NCBI GenBank assembly: GCA_016180525.1
Contig: JACPBB010000001.1
Location: 11,320 to 75,319 of the forward strand
Length of the DNA stretch: 64,000 bases
Direction of reading: 5' to 3'
Source: Parcubacteria group bacterium
GTDB taxonomy: Bacteria; Patescibacteriota; Minisyncoccia; Phycocordibacterales; UBA2135
In this document: positions 8,770 to 17,414 of the stretch, one piece after another
How positions within the stretch are numbered: the stretch's first letter is position 1
How the letters are laid out: each line of letters opens with the position of its first letter
The notes under the pieces: generated by a model
Told to the model about the DNA's origin: nothing
The model's database searches: none
Seen by the model: only the letters and a program-made list of their open reading frames with translations
Program-made: the position numbers and the translations under genes

Positions 8770-10437
8770 ATGATTTCGTCTCAAAGGACAGTGGCTATTT
8801 TTATTTTTTTTATAGGCTCTTTTTTATTGCCGCTTTTTTTAATTCCCGGATACTCTTATCTATTCTCAGAAGCGGGTAAATTCGTACTTTTTTTTATTAC
8901 CATACATGTATCGGCGGGGTTTTTATTATATTCATGGTGGAAAAACAACTCTATTGACCTGCCCGCCCATCCTCTTTTTGCATCTCTATACTGTATCTTT
9001 CTTTTTATTTTTCTTTCATCGCTTTTTTCAAAGTCATATTATGTTTCATGGATATACTTTATAAATCATGAAAACACATTTTTCTTTTTTTATCTTTTGT
9101 TTCTCGTACTGTTTTTGTCTATATATTTTTTAAAATATAAGCAAGTAATTTTATATATATATGAGATTATTCTTTTCTCCTTCGTAACCCTCATCCCATT
9201 AAGTGGGGCAATGAATTTTTTTAATAAATTGGGCTTCATTAAAAATATAGAATCATTTCTTGACACAACAACTAATGTCATTATATTTTCAGGACTTGTT
9301 GCCGTTGTTTCATTGCTTTTATATATATTTTCAGAAAGTAAGATGATGCGCGTGTTTCCAATTATTACACTTGTCCTTTCATCACTGATTCTCTTTTGCG
9401 CATTTAAAGAAGAGGCAAAACTTGCCCTTTCTTTTCCCGTTGAAAATATGGCTGTCTTACAAGAAACAATAAAAGAATCTCCCCTGCGAGCACTTTTAGG
9501 AAGTGGGCCTGGAACTGTTCAATATCAATACGATCTATACGCACCTGAAGAAACTCCCACACGATCGTGGAGTAGCAGTCTTTTAATCCAATTTGGACTT
9601 TTAGGTGGATTTGCGTGGATTGTATTTTTTATTTTATTTTTGTATTTTGGCATATGGTCATTTTTGGAAAAAAATGCTTTGGCAATTGGAAATTTTATTG
9701 TTGCTCTATACTTGTGGATTTTTGCCCTTCTATATCCAGTAAATTTTACCCTCGTTGCCTTTACATTTTTATTTACAGGCATTTGTATCACACTCCAAAT
9801 CATTAAAGATTCTGAAAACAAGATCATTATTCCATTACAAAAAAGAAGCTCTCGCGTTGTGTTTGCATGTTTGGTGGGCATTGTACTTTTTACAAGCACG
9901 CTTGGTATTATAGTTTATACAAAAAAATCAATTTCATATGCTTTTTATCAGAATGCTCTTGTGATTGAAAGTAAAGAATTATTTTTAGACACCGTGAAGC
10001 GGGCATTGCAGATTTCAAAAGAGGACATATATTACAGAAAGCTCGCGGATTTTTATATTAAAAAAACAGAGATGGCACAGGGCCTTGTTCTCTTTACTGA
10101 ACAGAATAAAAAAATAGTTGAATATGGCGGAAACGCCGTTTCTTATGCCAATGAAGCCGTTCGTATAAATCCGAGCGATTACAGAAATTGGGGGACGCTC
10201 GGAAACATATACCTTGTATTTGAAAGGTTGGGCGTACGCGGAGGATACGAGCTTGGAAAAAATGCTTATTCAGAAGCACAAAAACTAAGTCCCAAAAATG
10301 AAATATTGCTCTTGGAGCGCGCGGAGTTGGCGTTTCTTGCCAAAGATATTCATTTTAGGGAACTATTGAAAGAATTACTGCAATATAATCCACATAACAT
10401 AGAGGCTCAAAAAAGATTGCGTGAGTGGGGATTGTAA
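8770..10437 (+). CDS. polytopic membrane protein, O-antigen ligase (Wzy_C)/O-oligosaccharyltransferase-like, with C-terminal TPR repeats
   Basis: >=10 hydrophobic helices. Central loop GSGPGTVQYQYDLYAPEE...RSWSSSLLIQFGLLGG resembles a Wzy_C loop. The C-terminal ~150 aa has TPR-like repeats. Confidence 0.4.
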   Translation: MISSQRTVAIFIFFIGSFLLPLFLIPGYSYLFSEAGKFVLFFITIHVSAGFLLYSWWKNNSIDLPAHPLFASLYCIFLFIFLSSLFSKSYYVSWIYFINHENTFFFFYLLFLVLFLSIYFLKYKQVILYIYEIILFSFVTLIPLSGAMNFFNKLGFIKNIESFLDTTTNVIIFSGLVAVVSLLLYIFSESKMMRVFPIITLVLSSLILFCAFKEEAKLALSFPVENMAVLQETIKESPLRALLGSGPGTVQYQYDLYAPEETPTRSWSSSLLIQFGLLGGFAWIVFFILFLYFGIWSFLEKNALAIGNFIVALYLWIFALLYPVNFTLVAFTFLFTGICITLQIIKDSENKIIIPLQKRSSRVVFACLVGIVLFTSTLGIIVYTKKSISYAFYQNALVIESKELFLDTVKRALQISKEDIYYRKLADFYIKKTEMAQGLVLFTEQNKKIVEYGGNAVSYANEAVRINPSDYRNWGTLGNIYLVFERLGVRGGYELGKNAYSEAQKLSPKNEILLLERAELAFLAKDIHFRELLKELLQYNPHNIEAQKRLREWGL

Positions 10438-10489
10438 GGGTATCCACAGTTGTCGACGATTAGATTAGCATGTATAATGATATGCAAAT

Positions 10490-11056
10490 ATGAAAAGTGC
10501 TGAAAAAATGTCATTGTTCATCGGAGGATTATTTTTAATGCTCATTCCATTTTTGGCGTCTGGTCAATCCGGGTCAACAAAATTAACTGATTCAGTAACA
10601 ATTGGAGGTAGTATAAATATTACCGGCTCTATTGCAAAAGGAAGCGGTACGCTTGTCATAGATCATCCGCTTGATCCAGCGAATAAACTGCTCTATCATT
10701 CGTTCGTTGAATCTCCGGATGTTAAAAATATTTACGATGGTGTTGTGAAATTAAATAGAAACGGAGAGGCAAAAGTAAAACTACCAAAATATTTTGAAGC
10801 GCTTAATAAAGATTACCGGTATCTTGTGACCCCAATTGGAAAACCATCTCCCAATCTTTACATTAAACAAGGTGTTGAAAATAATATGTTTATTATTGCT
10901 GGAGGGGAAGCGGGAATAAAAGTCTCCTGGCAAGTAACGGGTATCCGCCGTGACCCACATATTATTGCAAACCCAATTATTCCTGAAATTGAGAAGGGGA
11001 CCAGTGCGTTAGTAGATAAAGGAGTTTATATATTACCTGAAATATATGGAAACTAG
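10490..11056 (+). CDS. small secreted protein, tandem family member 1
   Basis: Signal peptide MSLFIGGLFLMLIPFLASG. Shares a near-identical block GSG(T/S)(L/F)VIDHPLDPANKLLYHSFVESPDVKNIY with the two downstream copies. Confidence 0.55.
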   Translation: MKSAEKMSLFIGGLFLMLIPFLASGQSGSTKLTDSVTIGGSINITGSIAKGSGTLVIDHPLDPANKLLYHSFVESPDVKNIYDGVVKLNRNGEAKVKLPKYFEALNKDYRYLVTPIGKPSPNLYIKQGVENNMFIIAGGEAGIKVSWQVTGIRRDPHIIANPIIPEIEKGTSALVDKGVYILPEIYGN

Positions 11057-11534
11057 ACAAACACCTGTTGTTATAATTATCACATCCGGAATTATGGGGG
11101 CAATTTTTCTTTTCCCGTATATTGCGTCGGCAATCTCTCGTATTAATGAAAGTGTTACGGTGCGAGGAAACGTGGTTGTTACCGGCGCGCTTGCAAAAGG
11201 TTCCGGCTCATTCGTCATAGACCATCCACTTGATCCTGCTAATAAATTACTCTATCATTCGTTCGTTGAATCTCCGGATGTTAAAAATATTTATTTTAGA
11301 TATCAATTCTCCTCTCTTGAAAAACCTTCTCCTAATCTTTATATAAAACAAGAAATACGAAATAATAGATTTGTAATCTCCGGAGGTGAACCAAAAATTA
11401 GAGTATCGTGGCAAGTAACAGGCGTGAGACATGACCCGTATATTCTTAAAAATCCGATTATACCAGAGGTAGAAAAAGGGTCTAATGAGTTGGTAAATAA
11501 GGGAGAATATGTATTTCCTGAATTATATGACTAA
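11046..11534 (+). CDS. small secreted protein, tandem family member 2 (internal ~25-aa deletion relative to member 1)
   Basis: Same conserved block. The middle segment DGVVKLNRNGEAKVKLPKYFEALNKD is absent. Confidence 0.5.
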   Translation: METRQTPVVIIITSGIMGAIFLFPYIASAISRINESVTVRGNVVVTGALAKGSGSFVIDHPLDPANKLLYHSFVESPDVKNIYFRYQFSSLEKPSPNLYIKQEIRNNRFVISGGEPKIRVSWQVTGVRHDPYILKNPIIPEVEKGSNELVNKGEYVFPELYD

Positions 11535-12265
11535 AACAACATTTAAAAAAAAGAATAACACTAACAAACTATTTTTTCTCTTTTTGATAGGTTTTTTGTT
11601 TTATTTTCAATTACCATCTATAGCAAAAGCTGCTTATAGTCAGGGTTATTACTATGCTCAAGGTTACTACTATGGCGAGGGTTATTACTATGCAGAAGGC
11701 TATTACTATGCTCAAGGAACATATAGAACAACTTTTACTACTAATACCACATTTACCCAAAATTTAACGATTACCGGAGAATTAAAAAAAGGTTCCGGCT
11801 CATTCGTCATAGACCATCCACTTGATCCTGCTAATAAATTACTCTATCATTCGTTCGTTGAATCTCCGGATGTTAAAAATATTTAGAGTTGTAACGCTTG
11901 ATGAAAAAGGTGAAGCAGTAGTCGAGCTTCCTGCGTATTTTGAAGCACTCAATAAAGATTTTAGATATCAGGTTAAGCCAATAAATAAATCGTCTCCTAG
12001 TTTGTATATAAAAAGCGAAATAAAGGATAATCAATTTATGATTGCCGGAGGTGAACCAAAAATTAGAGTATCATGGCAAGTAACAGGCGTGAGACATGAC
12101 CCGTATATTCGCGCAAACCCAATTATTCCCGAGACAAGAAAGGGGCGAAATGAAATAGTAAACAGGGGAGAGTATTTGTTTCCCGAGCTGGCAGGAAAAT
12201 ATATTGAAACCCAAATATCTTTATGGGAAAAAATGGTATTCTTCTTTAACTCTCTTTTCAAGTAA
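11509..12265 (+). pseudogene. tandem family member 3, interrupted by an apparent 1-nt deletion (ORFs 11509..11886 and 11822..12265)
   Basis: Copy 1 reads NIYDGVVKLNRNGEA. Copy 3 reads NI* in frame, then continues as RVVTLDEKGEAVVELPAYFEALNKDFRYQVKP in the +1 frame. The N-terminal part carries a Tyr-rich (GYYYA)x4 repeat. Confidence 0.45.
11641..11720 (+). repeat. 15-nt tandem repeat encoding (GYYYA)x4-5 within tandem-family copy 3
   Basis: cagggttattactatgctcaaggttactactatggcgagggttattactatgcagaaggctattactatgctcaagga translates to QGYYYAQGYYYGEGYYYAEGYYYAQG. Confidence 0.7.
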
Positions 12266-12289
12266 GATTATATAGATTTTAAAAACAAA

Positions 12290-12322
12290 ACAGTATATTG
12301 TATATGCAATATACTGTTTTTT
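12290..12322 (+). terminator. intrinsic terminator after the tandem secreted-protein genes
   Basis: Perfect palindrome acagtatattg-tatatg-caatatactgt followed by tttttt. Confidence 0.65.
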
Positions 12323-12341
12323 GTGTCATGCATATCTAAAT

Positions 12342-13367
12342 ATGAAATTGTTACCATATCAAAATATATTATTTATAGCTGTAATTATCATAGGAGGTGT
12401 TTTGCTCCATAAAAATCTGTCGTCGGAATCATTTTTAGGATTTTCTCTAAAAAAAGAACAAAAATATTGGTCTGAACACATGAGCACTAAAAACGCCGAA
12501 CAGATTTCTGAAATATTCCAAAAGAAATATAAGAAGCTCAATCCCGCTGAACAACATGCCGCAGCCCACATCGTTGGCGAAGCTATTTATAAAAAACAAA
12601 GTTATTCGGGAATTGTGTTTTGTGATTACGTAATTGGAGACGCTGGATGCGTTCATGAGTTGATGACGTTGGCAATTTTAGAAAATGGACTTAATATAAT
12701 ACCATCAATAAATAAAGAATGCTTGAATTTGCCAAGCAACAAAAGAACAGCCTCGTGCCAACACGGCGTGGGCCATGGAATATTGTTTTATTTGGGATAC
12801 GATTATAAAAGTTTACTCAAAGGGCTTGAACAATGTTCCCTAATTACCGCTCCATATCTTAGAGAGAGTGTCCGCTACGTGGAAGGATGCGTTGGGGGTG
12901 TGCTTATGGAATATAATTCAAACCCGTCATTAAATAAAAGCCAAAAACCAAGAGTTTTTGCGCTAGATTCCGTATACGTTCCGTGTACTTCTCTGGGAGA
13001 AGAGATGCGCTCAGTTTGTTATTTTTGGCAAACTCAGTGGTGGAATGCAAATTTAAAAGATTATAATACTATAGGAAAATATAAAAAAATGGGAGAACTA
13101 TGCACTGTTATAGTTAATGCGAATGAAAAAACATGGTGTTTCCGTGGAATCGCGCATGCAATGATCCCAGACACTAAGTGGATAGTAAAAAAAGCATTAC
13201 ATTTTTGCAATTCCATAACATTAGACGCGGGAAGACAGGAATGCCAGGCATACGCCGCTTTTCTTTTTAAAGATGAGGGGTTAGAATCCGTATGTAATTT
13301 TGTAAATGATGAAGAAAAAAAAGAGTGTGTTGAAATATCGTCTTCTCTTCTTGCAAGCGAGAGTTAA
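12342..13367 (+). CDS. secreted Cys/His-rich family protein
   Basis: Signal/TM MKLLPYQNILFIAVIIIGGVLL. Motifs AAAHIVGEAIY, GCVHEL, SCQHGVGHGILFYLG. ~18 Cys in repeated C-x(8-12)-C units. Confidence 0.55.
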   Translation: MKLLPYQNILFIAVIIIGGVLLHKNLSSESFLGFSLKKEQKYWSEHMSTKNAEQISEIFQKKYKKLNPAEQHAAAHIVGEAIYKKQSYSGIVFCDYVIGDAGCVHELMTLAILENGLNIIPSINKECLNLPSNKRTASCQHGVGHGILFYLGYDYKSLLKGLEQCSLITAPYLRESVRYVEGCVGGVLMEYNSNPSLNKSQKPRVFALDSVYVPCTSLGEEMRSVCYFWQTQWWNANLKDYNTIGKYKKMGELCTVIVNANEKTWCFRGIAHAMIPDTKWIVKKALHFCNSITLDAGRQECQAYAAFLFKDEGLESVCNFVNDEEKKECVEISSSLLASES

Positions 13368-13373
13368 ATTATC

Positions 13374-14444
13374 ATGAAATTTCAATCTGAAAAAAACATA
13401 ATAATTTTTCTTGTGATTATTTCCGGAATCTTTTTTTTATATAACAAAAATATTCCGGAGTTTTTTGTAGGTACACCTCTAGGCCCTCAGCTCTCAAATA
13501 TTGGCAATAGTCGTGAAGATCTTCAAATTAAAAGGGATCATTGGAAAAGCCGTATAAACGAAATTGGTCCAGAGAGCGCCTACTCTGAATTCTTACAAAC
13601 ATACAACCATATGAATTTTGAGAAACAGCATACTTTTGCGCATATCATGGGTGAGCTTCTTTATGAAAAAGTAGGAGTTAATGGTTTAGCAATATGCGAT
13701 AAGTCATTCGCGTTTGGCTGTTTCCACGGTTTTTTTACGGGAGCAATTAGCAAAGAGGGAATTGGAGTTATAGCTAAGCTCGACAATGCCTGTCTTAAAA
13801 AATTTGGACCATATGGAACAGGGTGTCAACACGGTATTGGGCACGGTATTTTAGAGCACGTAGGACCGGATTCACTGGTTAAAGGGCTTGAGGCATGTAG
13901 ATTCACTACTCAGATAGAATCATCGCATTTTGGTTGCACCTCCGGTGTTTTTATGGAATATAATACACAAACTATTTTTACTAGAGATAATGTCTATCAA
14001 AAAGTGAGAGACTTAAAAGAACAAAACCCTTTTGAGCCCTGTAATACACTAGTACCAAGCAAATTTAAAAACTCTTGTTATTTTGAAATAAGCGCATGGT
14101 GGATGCAGGTATTTAACAAAGATCATATAAAAGTAGGCCAACTCTGCCAAATGATACAAGGGGAAGAATATAGAAAGTCGTGTTATTTGGGATTTGGTAC
14201 GGTAAGCGCACATCTTGCTCAATATAATGTTTCAGATGCAATAAAAATATGTAAAGAAACGTCAGGCGGAAACATAGAAGCTGAATTATTATGCCGAGCA
14301 AGCGCTTCATGGTCTTTTTGGGCGATGCCGGGGCATAAACAAGAGTCTCTTGCCCTGTGTGATAATTTTGAAGATGAAGAAGTTGAATTTCGTTGTGTGA
14401 GCGAATCTGACCTTATCGGAACAGGAGAAAAATTCAATAAATAA
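13374..14444 (+). CDS. secreted Cys/His-rich family protein
   Basis: N-terminal TM. Motifs FAHIMGELLY, GCFHGFFTG, GCQHGIGHGILEHVG. Confidence 0.55.
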   Translation: MKFQSEKNIIIFLVIISGIFFLYNKNIPEFFVGTPLGPQLSNIGNSREDLQIKRDHWKSRINEIGPESAYSEFLQTYNHMNFEKQHTFAHIMGELLYEKVGVNGLAICDKSFAFGCFHGFFTGAISKEGIGVIAKLDNACLKKFGPYGTGCQHGIGHGILEHVGPDSLVKGLEACRFTTQIESSHFGCTSGVFMEYNTQTIFTRDNVYQKVRDLKEQNPFEPCNTLVPSKFKNSCYFEISAWWMQVFNKDHIKVGQLCQMIQGEEYRKSCYLGFGTVSAHLAQYNVSDAIKICKETSGGNIEAELLCRASASWSFWAMPGHKQESLALCDNFEDEEVEFRCVSESDLIGTGEKFNK

Positions 14445-14456
14445 TTTTGTATATCA

Positions 14457-15932
14457 ATGGGAAAAAAAACTTTACGCATATTAATTATAGTAATTTTTTT
14501 AATTGTATTGTCGGGAATATACTATACTCTTTTTGAGACCCAAAAAAATAAAAATCATATCATTGAGCTTCGTGAAACCGGTTTTTATCCAAAAACAATT
14601 ACGATAATTCAAGATGATGCTGTCTTGTTTAGAACAAAACTTAATGAAACATTCTGGCCGGCAAGCGATCCGCATCCAATTCATAATTATTACCCTGAAG
14701 AAAATTTTGACCCCCAAAGAGCCCTTGGGCCCGATGAAGAATGGCAGTTTACATTTACACAAGCCGGCACGTGGAGATATCATGACCATTTAAATCCATC
14801 TTTACGGGGAGAAATTACAGTACTTCCAAATAAAAGCTATACTGCGTATTTACCGTGTAAAAAAGAAACCGGACAATGTTTTGACGAACTTATACGAAAA
14901 ACAGTTTCTGAAAAAGGAATAGCCGCTGCGTACGCGCTTTTTACCGAAACATACGCAAAAGGAGAGTTACCGCGTGCATGCCACTGGACAGCGCACCAGA
15001 TAGGGGAAGAAGCGTATGAGTTATTTAAGGGCGGGGAAACATTTCCCATAACAGGCGAGACATCATATTGCGGATATGGATTTTTTCACGGTTTTCTTGA
15101 GAGCTTGTTGCGGGAAAATCCCGATGTTAAATTTGCTCTTTCTTTTTGCGATGAGGCTGAAAGGCAATTGGGTATATTAGGACTTCAGAACTGCTATCAT
15201 GGCATAGGGCATGGATTTACCGAAGACCCTCCGGATCCATCCGTATGGGGCAATTTTGAAGGAATGGTAGCACCTGGCATAGAGATATGCGAATATTTAT
15301 TTAAAAATTCATTTACAAACCTTAATTTATGCCTTACGGGCGTATTTACCGTCCCTGTCGGATTTGCGGAAAAGAAAGAGTATGGGTTGTCGCTAAGCCC
15401 CAGTGACCCATTTGCCATATGCAGAGAGCAGCCATACAAATACCAAAAAGCCTGCTATGGAGAAATTACACCAAAACTGGACTCTATTTTAGAAGGTGAT
15501 TTTTCTCAATTTCCAAAACACCTTGCCGGTATTACTGATGAAAAAATAAGAAATTTAATTATTTGGGTTGCTCCATCTGTCATGGTCGCGCGTGAGATTC
15601 TTAAAGACGATTATGGTGGGTTTATAGAAGTGTGCAGAAACAACTTTGTCGGTATTGAAAGAGAAATTTGCTGGGGCGGAATAATACTCGGATTTTTTAC
15701 GCATGGAGAGCCTGAAAAACAATATAAAAAAGGAATTTCATTCTGTAAATCACAGCTGTTTAATGCTTCGGAAAAAAAATTCTGCTATAAACAATTATTT
15801 CACAGAATGCACGCTGAATACACAGAGGATAAAATAAAAAATATTTGCACTAATGAAGTTTCGGAAACATATCGCTCTTCATGCTTATCAAAAAATCAAC
15901 AATCCATATACAAAGACCCTGTTTTTGAATAA
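14457..15932 (+). CDS. secreted Cys/His-rich family protein with N-terminal Cys-less cupredoxin-like domain
   Basis: N-terminal TM. Cupredoxin-like block (TITIIQDDAVLFRTKLNETFWPASDPHPIHNYYPE ... AGTWRYHDHLNPSLRGEITV). Motifs CHWTAHQIGEEAY, YCGYGFFHGF, NCYHGIGHGF. Confidence 0.55.
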   Translation: MGKKTLRILIIVIFLIVLSGIYYTLFETQKNKNHIIELRETGFYPKTITIIQDDAVLFRTKLNETFWPASDPHPIHNYYPEENFDPQRALGPDEEWQFTFTQAGTWRYHDHLNPSLRGEITVLPNKSYTAYLPCKKETGQCFDELIRKTVSEKGIAAAYALFTETYAKGELPRACHWTAHQIGEEAYELFKGGETFPITGETSYCGYGFFHGFLESLLRENPDVKFALSFCDEAERQLGILGLQNCYHGIGHGFTEDPPDPSVWGNFEGMVAPGIEICEYLFKNSFTNLNLCLTGVFTVPVGFAEKKEYGLSLSPSDPFAICREQPYKYQKACYGEITPKLDSILEGDFSQFPKHLAGITDEKIRNLIIWVAPSVMVAREILKDDYGGFIEVCRNNFVGIEREICWGGIILGFFTHGEPEKQYKKGISFCKSQLFNASEKKFCYKQLFHRMHAEYTEDKIKNICTNEVSETYRSSCLSKNQQSIYKDPVFE

Positions 15933-15933
15933 C

Positions 15934-17409
15934 ATGCAAAAATTTAAAATAAAAAAATATCTTTTCGGACTTTTCATTATCATTCCGATTGTCGGACTAA
16001 GCGGGTATCACGCATATCAAAAATCAACCCCTGCAAATGTTATATTCTCAGAAATTGGAACATACGGAGCAACATTAACGGAGCAAGGTTTTATGCCAAA
16101 AGAAATTACTATTCCAATTGGCTCAACTATCGTTTTTTCCACAACACTAGATAAATTTTTCTGGCCAGCATCAAATTTTCATCCATCTCATGCAATATAT
16201 CCTGAATTTGACGCTAAAAATCCAGTTCCATCCGGAGAAAGTTGGAAATTTCAATTTAAAGAAGCTGGAACATGGGAATATCATGACCATCTATCTCCTT
16301 ACTTTGGAGGAACGATAAGAGTAACGGATGAAATAAATACAACATTAAAAGAAAACCTATGTGAAAATAACAAAAAACAATCAGCATGCTGGCGGTCCCT
16401 TTTATTTTCTCAATTAAAAAATAATGGTATTGACACAACATTTTCTATCCTTGAGAGCCTGTACAAAACAGAGTTAGGATTTAGAGAAACGTGCCATGGA
16501 ATTACCCACGATCTTGGGATTGAGTCATACCAGTATTTTTTAAAAAACAAAGATTTAATTTTAACTACAAAATCATCGGCATGCGCGTATGGATTTTATC
16601 ATGGATTTATGGAGGCGCTTCTTACTCATACGGGTGACATACAACAAGCGCGTGAATTTTGTCTTTTTATTGATAAAAAAATAACCCCAGATATACCAGA
16701 TGCGACACTGCAGTGTTTCCATGGCATTGGACACGGAATTATTGACATGCAGGTCACTTTCAACGGTCGTCAACAGGACAAAGAAATGCTTATAAAAGAT
16801 GCGTTGTCATTTTGTGAAAGCGCTTCTCGGACAGACGAGGAGCTCTATCGATGTGCTTCTGGGATATACAATAGCGTTGCAAACATATACATACTTGAAA
16901 AAAACTGGTCCTTAAAACAAGATGAGATTATCTCTCTTTGTACGCATCAGCCAGAAAAATACAAAGAGAGTTGTTACGGGAATATGAACTCTCTTATGTT
17001 TCGCGCCGCGGATAACAATTTAGGAAAATCACTCATTTTTATAAACGAAATAGAGGAACAATATAGAGAATCTGCTGTCCGCTATCTTTCAAATTTAAGC
17101 GTTATATATACAATTCTGCAGGATAAAGATTACGACGAGGAGGTGGGGGCATGCCGTTCTTTGCCGGACATTCTTTATACAGCATGCCTTGAAGGTCTTG
17201 TACACGGGCTTCTAGAGCATGGACAGCCCAGAGAGGAATATAAAAAAGTAATTGATTTCTGCGAGGCTCCAATCCTTACCATGTCCGAAACGGAGAAATG
17301 CTTTGAATATGGACTTTCAAATCTTGGAGGCTGGTATTTAAAAGAAAAATCGCAAGAAATTTGTAATGAAATACCCGAAACGTATAAACAATATTGTAAG
17401 CAAGTTTAA
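15934..17409 (+). CDS. secreted Cys/His-rich family protein with N-terminal Cys-less cupredoxin-like domain
   Basis: Start moved to the ATG at 15934 (MQKFKIKKYLFGLFIIIPIV TM segment), which removes an 80-nt overlap. Cupredoxin-like block (FWPASNFHPSHAIYPEF ... AGTWEYHDHLSPYFGGTIRV). Motifs CHGITHDLGIESY, CAYGFYHGF, QCFHGIGHGII. Confidence 0.55.
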   Translation: MQKFKIKKYLFGLFIIIPIVGLSGYHAYQKSTPANVIFSEIGTYGATLTEQGFMPKEITIPIGSTIVFSTTLDKFFWPASNFHPSHAIYPEFDAKNPVPSGESWKFQFKEAGTWEYHDHLSPYFGGTIRVTDEINTTLKENLCENNKKQSACWRSLLFSQLKNNGIDTTFSILESLYKTELGFRETCHGITHDLGIESYQYFLKNKDLILTTKSSACAYGFYHGFMEALLTHTGDIQQAREFCLFIDKKITPDIPDATLQCFHGIGHGIIDMQVTFNGRQQDKEMLIKDALSFCESASRTDEELYRCASGIYNSVANIYILEKNWSLKQDEIISLCTHQPEKYKESCYGNMNSLMFRAADNNLGKSLIFINEIEEQYRESAVRYLSNLSVIYTILQDKDYDEEVGACRSLPDILYTACLEGLVHGLLEHGQPREEYKKVIDFCEAPILTMSETEKCFEYGLSNLGGWYLKEKSQEICNEIPETYKQYCKQV

Positions 17410-17414
17410 TTTTT

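Noticed and set aside
15853-15933. Upstream start (MKFRKHIALHAYQ...) of the Cys/His family gene, overlapping the preceding paralog by 80 nt.
   Set aside because: The ATG at 15934 immediately follows the upstream stop and begins the hydrophobic signal/TM segment, in line with every other family member. The long overlap is unlikely.
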